DNA from: a virus
IMG/VR virus record: IMGVR_UViG_3300025141_016306
Location: 18,617-82,616 of that record
DNA length: 64,000 nucleotides
Direction: 5' to 3' (one strand)
Shown here: in pieces, positions 49,788 to 58,294 of the stretch
Layout: each line of letters opens with the position of its first letter
Position numbering within the stretch: the first letter of the stretch is position 1
Translations under genes and position numbers: made by a program
The notes under the pieces: generated by a model
Seen by the model: only the letters and a program-made list of their open reading frames with translations
What the model was told of the DNA's origin: nothing
Database searches by the model: none

Positions 49788-51053
49788 CTACGCCACCTCC
49801 TTAATGATCCAACTCTTTGGCGCTTTACGCGTGTCCCAGGAACCCAATCGTTCATGGATATCCGTAAAGATCTCATCCCATCTTTTGCCGAAGTCTTCAA
49901 AATTATAATTTTTTAGTACGTGGCCTCTGCCGGCTGCGCCTAGGGCCTCCCTTTCTTCTTTGGTTTTATTATAGATTTCTGTTAGCGCGCCGACAACGGC
50001 TTCTTCAGAAAGCCTATCTTCATAAATATAAGGAATAGCCTGTGAGCCGATTATTGCCTTAGAAGTGGGTGTAAGCCCTATGCCAAACCAGTTTTCGCCG
50101 TCAGTGACTTGTTCTTGTAATCCGCCCGTCATATTCACAATAATAGGGGTCTCGCATGCCAGGGACTCAAGCGTAGCTAAGCCGAAACCTTCCGCATCAG
50201 AGATATTAATCGTGCAGTCGGCCACATTATACATTAACGCTAAGCGCGCTGGGTCGACCTTTTCTTGGCTAAAATATATTTCACCATTAGTGAGTCCCAG
50301 GTTCTTAACAATAGCATCAAGATTTTGACCGTTAGGATCTTTAATCTCTGTGTGCATAATAAGCGTCGCTTTGTCCTTACCCACTTTGTCTAGAAATTTT
50401 GCAAACCAATGAATTAGCGAGCCGCTCTGCTTTCTCCGCGCATTCCTATTATTCCAGAAAAATATAAGCTTGTCTTTGTCGTACTCATCGCCCAGCACTT
50501 TAGTTTTAAATTCTTCAACATGCTCGGAATCCAACTTTTTGAATATCTCAGTATCGACAGAGTGTGGAACATATTTGCATTCTACTCCCGGTGAAACCGT
50601 CGTTACAACGTCTTCCGTAAGTTTGGATATCGCTAAAATCACGTCATTCGAGTCGTAAAATGGTTTATTGTAATTGGGGTAAGGGTGGTTGTCCCATACA
50701 TGATAATAAACCATAGGAATATGGGGCCGTATCTCGTTTTCCATTTCCCATAACCATCCCCAGAAGCGCGGATCCGTCATAAACCACAATATATCTGGCT
50801 TTTCAGTGCGCAAAAGAGAACGAATCATATCTTGGGTACCATAAGCGTCGACTGGGAGAATCATCCAATCGTCTTTCCACTTCTCGGTGCGAATAGGGTC
50901 GTATTTAGGATGTTTTATTGCGCCGCCTAGACTTATGATCTGATATTTGCCGGTTTCCAGGAGTGCCTCGATCATGTATTTGGTTTGCGTGCCCACTCCG
51001 GATGGAGATAAGGGCATATCGCTAATTGTTAGGATTTTAATTTTTTTGCTCAT
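49788..51053 (-). CDS. Glycosyltransferase family 4
   Basis: SGVG, PHSVDT..F, RNARRK, EGFGLATLESLACETPII. Confidence 0.88.
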   Translation of the reverse strand: MSKKIKILTISDMPLSPSGVGTQTKYMIEALLETGKYQIISLGGAIKHPKYDPIRTEKWKDDWMILPVDAYGTQDMIRSLLRTEKPDILWFMTDPRFWGWLWEMENEIRPHIPMVYYHVWDNHPYPNYNKPFYDSNDVILAISKLTEDVVTTVSPGVECKYVPHSVDTEIFKKLDSEHVEEFKTKVLGDEYDKDKLIFFWNNRNARRKQSGSLIHWFAKFLDKVGKDKATLIMHTEIKDPNGQNLDAIVKNLGLTNGEIYFSQEKVDPARLALMYNVADCTINISDAEGFGLATLESLACETPIIVNMTGGLQEQVTDGENWFGIGLTPTSKAIIGSQAIPYIYEDRLSEEAVVGALTEIYNKTKEEREALGAAGRGHVLKNYNFEDFGKRWDEIFTDIHERLGSWDTRKAPKSWIIKEVA

Positions 51054-51060
51054 TTACGCC

Positions 51061-51861
51061 TCATGTACAATGTTTGGTTTTATAATATTCGCACTTGCCA
51101 AATTTACCATAACAGGAAAGCTTGTTCTTGATAGAGTTGGACTTCTTAATATTATAGAGGGCTTTGTTTAACAATTTAAGAGCATTTTGAACTTTTTTTG
51201 CACCATTGGATACTTCAAATATTTCTACTAGATTAGATTTTGCAGTTCTCTTTAGCAGCGCAAAGTGGGTTTGGGCCGTGGAAGGGTCAACACCGTGTTT
51301 TTCACACCAAAAATGCTTGTAAAGGGTTAATTGGTAAGTAACAAGCTTATCTGATCTCCGACGGCTGTCCCAACCCCAAGAACAGGTTTTCCAATCAATT
51401 ATATGGGTAATTCCATCCTTTGTCTTAATAACCAGATCAATAAAGCCTTTAAAATTGAGATCAGTTCCTTCGATTGGGTCATAAAGCGCTTCTTCCACCG
51501 ACACCAATTCAAAGGCGCCGAAAGTTTTCTTAAGACCAGGCAAAATATAATCGGTCAAAGTCTCTCCTTGAGTGCGCATGCTCATTATAAGATCACCCCT
51601 ATATTCGATCTCCGGGCTTTCAGCCTTTATTTTTTGGAGGTTTTTTAAGAACTCGTCCTGAAACATTTTCTTAGGCTCAAACGCTGGTGCGGCATCCGTG
51701 CTATGGAACTGAACTAGATTTTCGCACACTGTATGCAGCGCTGTGCCAAAAGCTGTGTACTCATTTCCTTTGAATTCTCTAAGGCCTTCAATATAGTTAA
51801 GTTTATGCTTCCATGGGCAAGTTACCCACTCTTTTAATTCGGAATATGAAATATGTGCCAT
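51061..51861 (-). CDS. PD-(D/E)XK exonuclease, Cas4/RecB-like
   Basis: ISYS.L.....CP, FGTALH, E...GFIDL...IIDWKT, QL..Y, three C-terminal Cys (1+3 Cys Fe-S arrangement). Confidence 0.82.
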   Translation of the reverse strand: MAHISYSELKEWVTCPWKHKLNYIEGLREFKGNEYTAFGTALHTVCENLVQFHSTDAAPAFEPKKMFQDEFLKNLQKIKAESPEIEYRGDLIMSMRTQGETLTDYILPGLKKTFGAFELVSVEEALYDPIEGTDLNFKGFIDLVIKTKDGITHIIDWKTCSWGWDSRRRSDKLVTYQLTLYKHFWCEKHGVDPSTAQTHFALLKRTAKSNLVEIFEVSNGAKKVQNALKLLNKALYNIKKSNSIKNKLSCYGKFGKCEYYKTKHCT

Positions 51862-51872
51862 GCTACAATTCT

Positions 51873-52208
51873 CTAATTATTTTCTTTTTTGTTCTTGGCG
51901 GGTGAAGATGCGCCGTACTTTGGCACCGGTGCCTTTGGTGGTGGTGACTTTACGGGTGGGGCCTTCGGTGGTGACTTTTTAACCGGAAGGGAAAAAATCC
52001 AAGTCCCTGTTCTCTGTTCTTTGAGCGCAGCATTGTGGGCGCTCCCGGCCTGTATAAGATCTAATTTCTTATACTTAGAGTGATTTTGAGCAAGCCATTT
52101 CAAAATATCACCGGTCGTTATTCGCCCCGGGGCGGAATTCTTTGTTGCCGCCCCAATTGTAGCGGTTACAATTAACTTGCCATCGCTTTCCTTTATTTTA
52201 CAATCCAT
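51873..52208 (-). CDS. Hypothetical basic protein with a Pro/Lys-rich repeat tail
   Basis: AAGGA RBS before ATG 52208; repeats PVK(K)SPP(P)KAP. Confidence 0.55.
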   Translation of the reverse strand: MDCKIKESDGKLIVTATIGAATKNSAPGRITTGDILKWLAQNHSKYKKLDLIQAGSAHNAALKEQRTGTWIFSLPVKKSPPKAPPVKSPPPKAPVPKYGASSPAKNKKENN

Positions 52209-52893
52209 CTTTTTCTTCCTTCTTATTATCAACAAGAGTTTTAATTTTGTGGTATAATGCGGGACTCAAATCCTTGAGTCTCCCCCTATCTTTTAAAAAA
52301 TAATTTTCAAAACCATTTGCCCAGTATTCCTTAAGCGCGGTGATGGCATAGGGAGAGTAAAACAAATCAGAGGTTAAAGATCTCAATGTTTCATACCCGA
52401 CATCCCTATAAAGATACATATCAAACTGTTCATCATAGCTGGGATTTAAAAAATACACCATATTGGCTCTTTTGTCAAGAGGTAATATATGATGTAAAAA
52501 TTTCCTTTTGCCTAAAAACTCGTTTTCAAGTGTTTGGTCTCCGTAGATCTCTTCGCGATTTCTTTCTTCTAATGAGTGAGCGATCTCATGTATAATATCG
52601 TCCAGCATGTCTTCTTCATTATCTTGTGAGTTGGAGACATATATGGTGCCGTCCTTATATATAGCATTAAAATTCTTTCCGTTACGTGAGAAATCTTCGA
52701 ATGTTCCGATATAAATATTATCAAAATTAGCGGTTAAAGAAGCCGGAACTTTTGATTCGATATCGTGCAACACTTTATCTAAAGAAACCCCAGCAGAGAT
52801 AGGGTTGATTACATATACCGGCTTGTCGAACAGTTTATATTCTTTAAACTCACTTTTATTTTGGGCGCTATTTTCCAGAATGTATTTCTTCAT
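52198..52893 (-). CDS. Zincin-like metallopeptidase domain protein
   Basis: IIHEIAH and a downstream EYWA third-ligand motif. Confidence 0.65.
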   Translation of the reverse strand: MKKYILENSAQNKSEFKEYKLFDKPVYVINPISAGVSLDKVLHDIESKVPASLTANFDNIYIGTFEDFSRNGKNFNAIYKDGTIYVSNSQDNEEDMLDDIIHEIAHSLEERNREEIYGDQTLENEFLGKRKFLHHILPLDKRANMVYFLNPSYDEQFDMYLYRDVGYETLRSLTSDLFYSPYAITALKEYWANGFENYFLKDRGRLKDLSPALYHKIKTLVDNKKEEKDGL

Positions 52894-53152
52894 TATATTC
52901 TCTAAAAAGCTTTTCGCCTTCTTCTACATCCGCTAGGCCCTGTTGATAGCCGCGGATGAAGTTCTCCTCGGCGACAGCTAAAAGGAATTCGGGGAATTCT
53001 TCCGCCAGCACCTTAATTATCATTTCAACATTAACTTCATCATCTTCAGGTTGATGTTTCTCGCCAACATAGTTAACGAGCCACTTTTTAAGTTCCGTGT
53101 CTTGCTCCACTTTTTGCAAAAGATCCGGGTTTTCATCACTATTATAGCTCAT
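52868..53152 (-). CDS. Hypothetical acidic protein
   Basis: GGAGG RBS 5 nt before ATG 53152. Confidence 0.7.
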   Translation of the reverse strand: MSYNSDENPDLLQKVEQDTELKKWLVNYVGEKHQPEDDEVNVEMIIKVLAEEFPEFLLAVAEENFIRGYQQGLADVEEGEKLFREYNEEIHSGK

Positions 53153-53176
53153 ATTTTCCTCCAAGTCAATATAAAT

Positions 53177-53205
53177 ATTATATTTATTTCTGATTATTAT
53201 TTAAA
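53177..53205 (-). promoter_or_regulatory. Putative sigma70-type promoter TTTAAA-N17-TATAAT
   Basis: Perfect -10, 4/6 -35 and 17-nt spacer in the AT-rich gap between phoH and the long downstream gene run. Confidence 0.45.
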
Positions 53206-54526
53206 GTATTTTTGCGGCGATGGATGCAACTTTGGAGCGCTCACCCTTTATAAGCGCCACGTGGCCTGATATTTCATAGGATTTGAATTTTTCTACAGCA
53301 TGGGTTAGGCCATTTGAGGTTTCATCTATATAAACATTGTCGATTTGTTCGATGTCCCCGGTTAAAATTATTTTAGTATTTTCACCAACTCGTGTGATGA
53401 TTGTTTTAAGCTCATGAGCGGTAAGATTTTGCGCTTCATCGATTATGATAAAGGCATTAGAAATAGATCTTCCGCGTATATAAGTGAGCGCCTCAACCTC
53501 AATCGTGCCGTTATCCATATACATTCCCAAAGCCGCCTTGTCATTGCCCAGCAAAAATTGAAGATTATCTTGGATCGGGGCGATCCATGGAAGCATTTTT
53601 TCTTCCATTGTGCCCGGAAGGAATCCAATATCTTTCCCCAGTGGTTGAATGGGCCGTGATATTACCAATCTTCGATAGGCTTCTTCTTCCATCACTTGAT
53701 GCAAACCAGCGGCTATAGCTAGCAGTGTCTTTCCTGAACCAGCTTTTCCCACTAAAGTGATCACGTCGATGGATTTGTCGTGAAGAAGATCCAGCGCGAA
53801 CCTTTGTTCTTTATTTCTAGGTTTTACACCCCATAGCGGTTTTTTGTGTTTTCCGTTGATTCTTCTTAATGGTGTAGTATAGTTTATAAAGCGTGCCAGC
53901 CCGGTTTTCTTTTCATTCTGGTTAGAGACCAACATGATAAACTGATTTGGCATCAGGGGCAGTTCATCTTCTTCAATAAAAATTTCTTCCCCAGCGTAAA
54001 ATCTATCAAGTACGGGCTCGTCAACTAAGTGCTCCACAAAACCTGTATATATATGACTTGTGTCTTTAATGACCTGATCGGTGAGGTAATCTTCGGTGGC
54101 TAATCCTAGCGCATCGCACTTAACACGCATGTTAATATCGCGAGTAACCACAATTACCTTGGTCCGGGGGTGCGCTGACTTTTGGTTCAATGCTACCCCT
54201 ATAATCTCGTTATCTGGGATAGATGTGTCTAAATCGCTTGGCAAATCATCGCCGACGCACAACTTAACGTAGAGTTTCCCGCGGCCGGTTCCAAGTTTGA
54301 CGCCCTTGTAGAGGCTTCCAGATTCCCGCAAGTTGTCGAGGCGTCGAATAACCTCGCGAGCATTAACGCCAACGCTATCTTGTCTTTTTTTGTGCCTGTC
54401 AATCTCTTCGAGTACTTTCAAGGGCAGCACAACATCATTTTCGCCGAAAGCCCTAATACTATTGGAATCAGTAAGGCACGCGCTGGTGTCTAAAACATAT
54501 ATATTTTTAGCCATAATCGGTCTCAT
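53201..54526 (-). CDS. phoH: PhoH-family ATPase with N-terminal PIN domain
   Basis: PIN: YVLDTS...VLEEID...DNEI...VTRDINMRVK; PhoH: GKAGSGKT, IGFLPG..EEK, RGRS, IIDEAQN, GDIEQID, ERS. Confidence 0.92.
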   Translation of the reverse strand: MRPIMAKNIYVLDTSACLTDSNSIRAFGENDVVLPLKVLEEIDRHKKRQDSVGVNAREVIRRLDNLRESGSLYKGVKLGTGRGKLYVKLCVGDDLPSDLDTSIPDNEIIGVALNQKSAHPRTKVIVVTRDINMRVKCDALGLATEDYLTDQVIKDTSHIYTGFVEHLVDEPVLDRFYAGEEIFIEEDELPLMPNQFIMLVSNQNEKKTGLARFINYTTPLRRINGKHKKPLWGVKPRNKEQRFALDLLHDKSIDVITLVGKAGSGKTLLAIAAGLHQVMEEEAYRRLVISRPIQPLGKDIGFLPGTMEEKMLPWIAPIQDNLQFLLGNDKAALGMYMDNGTIEVEALTYIRGRSISNAFIIIDEAQNLTAHELKTIITRVGENTKIILTGDIEQIDNVYIDETSNGLTHAVEKFKSYEISGHVALIKGERSKVASIAAKIL

Positions 54527-54606
54527 GAATAAATAGTTTCGGTTTTTTTATATAAAAACAAAACAATTGTTTTTTTTTCTCATAGTTATTATATGAGGGA
54601 CCTTGC

Positions 54607-55440
54607 GTGATTGGAGGCAAAGCCAAATTCAAAAGCATCAGTTTACTGCTAGCTTTTGTATTGGTTTTCTCCACATCCTGTGCCACGTCTGCTGCGACCT
54701 CTCCCACCATGTTGCAAAAGGCGCGACAGTCTTTTCTGTACCTGCAAAAGAAAGTTGAATTAGAACAATGCGGTGATCATAAATGTCTGACCCATGAGAT
54801 GCGGTCGATGGCGTCCGGATTTATCATTAAAATCGACCAAGGAGGTTCTTATGGCATTACCGCGGCGCACTTTTGCGAAACAGAGGTCCCACCGGTTACG
54901 CCGGCGATAGTCTATAAAAACTTTTTCACCGCAACCAGTTTAGACGGGGATGAATATAAGGCCACAGTGTTGGCATCCGATATCGACAATGATATTTGTT
55001 TAATATATATCAAAGGCCTCGTTGACGTTCCCGCGATTAAAATCTCGCGAGAGGCACCGAAGCCCGGAGAGAAAGTATATAATATTGCTGCACCGCGTGG
55101 AATTTGGCAACCGCACATGGTACCCTTATTTGAGGGAATGTACGATGGAAGCTCGGGAAAATATGCCTTTTATTCTTTGCCCGCAAACCCCGGAAGCAGC
55201 GGGTCAATGATTTTAAACGTGAAAGGTGAATTGATCGGAGTGCTACATTCGGTTTATATTCGCTTCCCTCAAATTGCTCTTTCGTCTCGACATGGCAAAC
55301 TCCTGGATTTTATATATAAAAATATCAAAAAATATGAAACTTATAAAACAGTAATGAAGCTTCTAGAGTTAGAAGACTTATTTTCTCCGATTGAAAAGAA
55401 AACTGATGTGGATGTCGCAGCGACTAGCGAGTCCAAATAG
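54607..55440 (+). CDS. Trypsin-like serine protease with an N-terminal signal/lipoprotein-like peptide
   Basis: ASGFII, TAAHFC (His), NDICLI (Asp), PGSSGS (Ser); hydrophobic leader ending STSC; GAGGG RBS before GTG. Confidence 0.85.
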   Translation: MIGGKAKFKSISLLLAFVLVFSTSCATSAATSPTMLQKARQSFLYLQKKVELEQCGDHKCLTHEMRSMASGFIIKIDQGGSYGITAAHFCETEVPPVTPAIVYKNFFTATSLDGDEYKATVLASDIDNDICLIYIKGLVDVPAIKISREAPKPGEKVYNIAAPRGIWQPHMVPLFEGMYDGSSGKYAFYSLPANPGSSGSMILNVKGELIGVLHSVYIRFPQIALSSRHGKLLDFIYKNIKKYETYKTVMKLLELEDLFSPIEKKTDVDVAATSESK

Positions 55441-55756
55441 TCACACCGGCTTTGGTGGAGACTGCCTGTATCGTCCTATAAATATATTTTGCTTTTAAAT
55501 AGTCTTTATCCGCCACACTGTTGGCAAAAATCTCCTCAGAAACGGTCCGGAAAAACATATTACAAATTTGAGTGGTAAAGTCGTGCATGTAGCGCTTATC
55601 TGATACAGGCGCGGTGCGAAAATAACGGCTGAAAGCTGGAGCGTTATCAATAAAAAAAGTTATCTTGTTGCCAGCGCGCTGGGGGATATATTCTACCTTG
55701 ATAGATAAATTGCCCGGAGTGCCTACATAATCTTGATTGCGAACATTGCCCCTCAT
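55424..55756 (-). CDS. Hypothetical protein
   Basis: 110-aa ORF coupled (ATGA) to the GAPDH-like gene. Confidence 0.55.
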   Translation of the reverse strand: MRGNVRNQDYVGTPGNLSIKVEYIPQRAGNKITFFIDNAPAFSRYFRTAPVSDKRYMHDFTTQICNMFFRTVSEEIFANSVADKDYLKAKYIYRTIQAVSTKAGVTIWTR

Positions 55757-56811
55757 ATATTAGTAAATAGATATTTATCAAAGGAGTCCATCATTTTCTT
55801 GTATTTTTTACCGTATGCGGCCCACATCGCTGCAGCACAACTGCTTAGTAAAGAATTTCCATCTTGAGGGGTGAAGCAAAATCCTGAAACAATAGTGGTT
55901 CCTGCGCACTGTTGGAGGTGCAGTGATGGAATTGAGAGGACGGTATGATTAAAGATTCTACCGTAATAGCCATGATCACGGCCGAAGGAAAACACTCTAT
56001 TGGCCGACGTCTTATGGGTAACAGCAGTAAACTTATTCTCTTGGAAACGACGTAGAATGTTTTCTCTTGAGGGAGATCCCTTGATCTTCACGCTAAATCG
56101 AATAATGTGCATATATTGAGTATTCAACTTCATAGCGCTAGAAAACAAATTTAAATGTTCCCCGCGAGTCGCAAACACATCTTGAGCGTCTCTCGCATGG
56201 TGAGTGCCGAAAATCGCATCTGAGTGTTGGCCAACCTCCGGGGAAGGAACAAATGAGCTTTTTTGGCTAATATCGTTGGATCTTCTTATACAAACGAAGT
56301 CGGCGGCAAGCAAGTCTTTCGGTGTGTCTACAAGTGTATTAATTAACGCGCATATATTGTGAGTATTGCAGCTTACCACTTGAATAAAGGGAGGTTTTTT
56401 ATCGAGGACCCCATCGTTGATGCCATGCGCGTAAGGCACTCCAAAATTCTTTTCGCTTCCCTGGGCTATAAAAATCTTGCCCGGGTGTTCGGCATAGTGC
56501 TTCTTTTTATGTTCATTACCAGCGGGGGTGCAATCAATTACAATATCCGCGGCCTTTAAAGCTGTCTGAAAATTATACTGTACCTCGTGACCTAGTTCTC
56601 CAAAAGCTGGAATCATATCTTCATTTGCTGCGAGTCGAGCGCCTCTTTTTATTAGACTGTTGACTTTTGCCACTTCATCTACCAGGGGAGTGCGCTTATG
56701 AAAAATGACATGTCCAAGATTTAACTTTTCTCGGAAATCTGAAAGTATTCCAATTAGTGGCTCGCCAATTGTACCAGTCCCCACTACTAATATATGTTTT
56801 TTAGTTGCCAT
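55753..56811 (-). CDS. Type II (archaeal-type) glyceraldehyde-3-phosphate dehydrogenase-like protein
   Basis: VVGTGTIG, DIVIDCTP, AQG, catalytic VVSCNTH, RRSND, HHARD, MH. Confidence 0.75.
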   Translation of the reverse strand: MATKKHILVVGTGTIGEPLIGILSDFREKLNLGHVIFHKRTPLVDEVAKVNSLIKRGARLAANEDMIPAFGELGHEVQYNFQTALKAADIVIDCTPAGNEHKKKHYAEHPGKIFIAQGSEKNFGVPYAHGINDGVLDKKPPFIQVVSCNTHNICALINTLVDTPKDLLAADFVCIRRSNDISQKSSFVPSPEVGQHSDAIFGTHHARDAQDVFATRGEHLNLFSSAMKLNTQYMHIIRFSVKIKGSPSRENILRRFQENKFTAVTHKTSANRVFSFGRDHGYYGRIFNHTVLSIPSLHLQQCAGTTIVSGFCFTPQDGNSLLSSCAAAMWAAYGKKYKKMMDSFDKYLFTNI

Positions 56812-56818
56812 GTTTCCC

Positions 56819-57025
56819 TTATTTCTTCTTGGTTTTCTTTTTGTTGGGCTTCGCGGTCGGTTCCGTCCATGTCTTGATCTTGAATTGGTTCCCGCCGGGG
56901 CCAGAACGCCTAATCTTCACCAAATCAAATTTATCTACTATTCCCATTTTTTCTGCGGACGCGTCTTCGTAAGTATCAAAAACGCCATAAGTCTTCCATG
57001 TTTTCTTTGGATTTTCTTCCATCAC
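56819..57025 (-). CDS. Small basic hypothetical protein
   Basis: 68 aa, GAGGTG RBS, TATAAT about 25 nt upstream. Confidence 0.6.
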   Translation of the reverse strand: MMEENPKKTWKTYGVFDTYEDASAEKMGIVDKFDLVKIRRSGPGGNQFKIKTWTEPTAKPNKKKTKKK

Positions 57026-57083
57026 ACACCTCTATAGCTTGTTACATAGATTATACAACATGTTTAGATTAAAATTAAGAAAA

Positions 57084-58238
57084 TTACATGCCGCCGAGAA
57101 GCGTCATTGCTACCAATCCAGGGAGAGGCTCTTTTATATAAACCCCTGAAAAAAGTGTTTCGGCTCTTCCGCCAACATATGAAAAAGCAGCTTCTAATTG
57201 GTTGCTGATTATAGGATCATTAGCCATTTCAGGAGTGGTAACCAAGAGCAGCACACCCATTTTGGGGTGCCGCGAAGGTTTAGAGCACGGGGAGGAATTT
57301 AAACATCCTTGAAGAACTGTTGCACCTAGATCTGAAATACGAGGATTACGGACTACAGTGCTTCCTAGAAGTATGCGTCCTGGCGCGTACAAGCACTTTT
57401 CAAGATCTTTTGAGTCAAATGCTTGGATTGGAGAAGCCTCCGTCGCAAGTTTGAGGATCTGCGCGAACAGTTTGGCAAAATTCAAGTTGGCCGCTGGGTA
57501 CATATTAAGCATCCCGACTTTTCCGCGCAGAAGATGGAGTTGTTTTTCGTTATCAATAACAATATGCGGCTCTTTTTTAACATCTTGCAACGCTTTATTT
57601 GAATTTGCTTTAATGGTAGGGTTTAGAAGTTCCTGCGCAGAGGGTTTACTAATAATATAAATGACTCTCCCGGTGGCCTCTATCGAAGACAGATAACGGG
57701 TTAAACACTTATGAAGCTCATAGGATGCGCTACCAGTTCCACCGCCACCTCCGACCAGTACAAACAGCCAGTCAACTTTACCAATTCGAGTCCTTAAGGC
57801 ATCCTCCACTAGTGCGCTATTGTCACCTAGAACTTGCTTTCCAAGTTGGATATCTTTACCAACACCGTCGGCACCCGGGATTAAAAGAAAATTTTCCGGA
57901 TCGATGCCGGGCGGCTGGTCTTTTTCCGTGGTATTGATTAGAAGAGTTTTATGAAACCCTAAATCCAAAAAGGCTTTCGCCATCTTTCCACCACCACCGC
58001 CTAGGCCAAGGAAAGCACATTTAATGGCGCTTGGTGCGGAGTTCTCCGGTAACATTTTTTCGTCAGGAGAGGGGTCGTCGCTGTACGCTTCAGCAAAATC
58101 AAAGTTATCGTAACCTAACGCGTCCTCCGTGGGCATATCCCAGCTACTAGTGGTTGACTCTTCATCTAGTTCTTCCGCGGGGGCCTCTACAGACTCCTCT
58201 TCATATTCTTCGTATTCTTGTTGATCGTCATCGCTCAT
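57084..58238 (-). CDS. Tubulin/FtsZ-family GTPase with an acidic N-terminal extension
   Basis: GLGGGGGK, INT...D, G.GK....G, signature GGGGGTGS, IVIDN, T7-loop-like FDSKDL; AGGAG RBS. Confidence 0.85.
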   Translation of the reverse strand: MSDDDQQEYEEYEEESVEAPAEELDEESTTSSWDMPTEDALGYDNFDFAEAYSDDPSPDEKMLPENSAPSAIKCAFLGLGGGGGKMAKAFLDLGFHKTLLINTTEKDQPPGIDPENFLLIPGADGVGKDIQLGKQVLGDNSALVEDALRTRIGKVDWLFVLVGGGGGTGSASYELHKCLTRYLSSIEATGRVIYIISKPSAQELLNPTIKANSNKALQDVKKEPHIVIDNEKQLHLLRGKVGMLNMYPAANLNFAKLFAQILKLATEASPIQAFDSKDLEKCLYAPGRILLGSTVVRNPRISDLGATVLQGCLNSSPCSKPSRHPKMGVLLLVTTPEMANDPIISNQLEAAFSYVGGRAETLFSGVYIKEPLPGLVAMTLLGGM

Positions 58239-58294
58239 ATGAGATCTCCTATATATTTAACATAATTAGTCGCCAGGTAGGTAAAAATTAAATT

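Noticed and set aside
29070-51053. Bacterial LPS/capsule locus, or a DNA hypermodification cluster
   Set aside because: Embedded in phage genes and lacking flippase/polymerase/export genes; no DNA methylase, hydroxymethylase or TET/JBP gene recognised here. DNA modification is not fully excluded because such genes could lie outside the window
51061-51861. Cas4-like nuclease as evidence of a CRISPR-Cas system
   Set aside because: No repeat-spacer array or other cas genes seen; solo Cas4/RecB-like exonucleases are common in phages
51910-51985. Short tandem repeat (about 27-nt units containing GGTGGTGACTTT)
   Set aside because: Only two to three degenerate copies encoding a Pro/Lys-rich protein tail; not an array
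55753-58238. Archaeal host suggested by type II GAPDH and the tubulin-like gene
   Set aside because: tmRNA, peptidoglycan amidase and sigma70-type elements are bacterial
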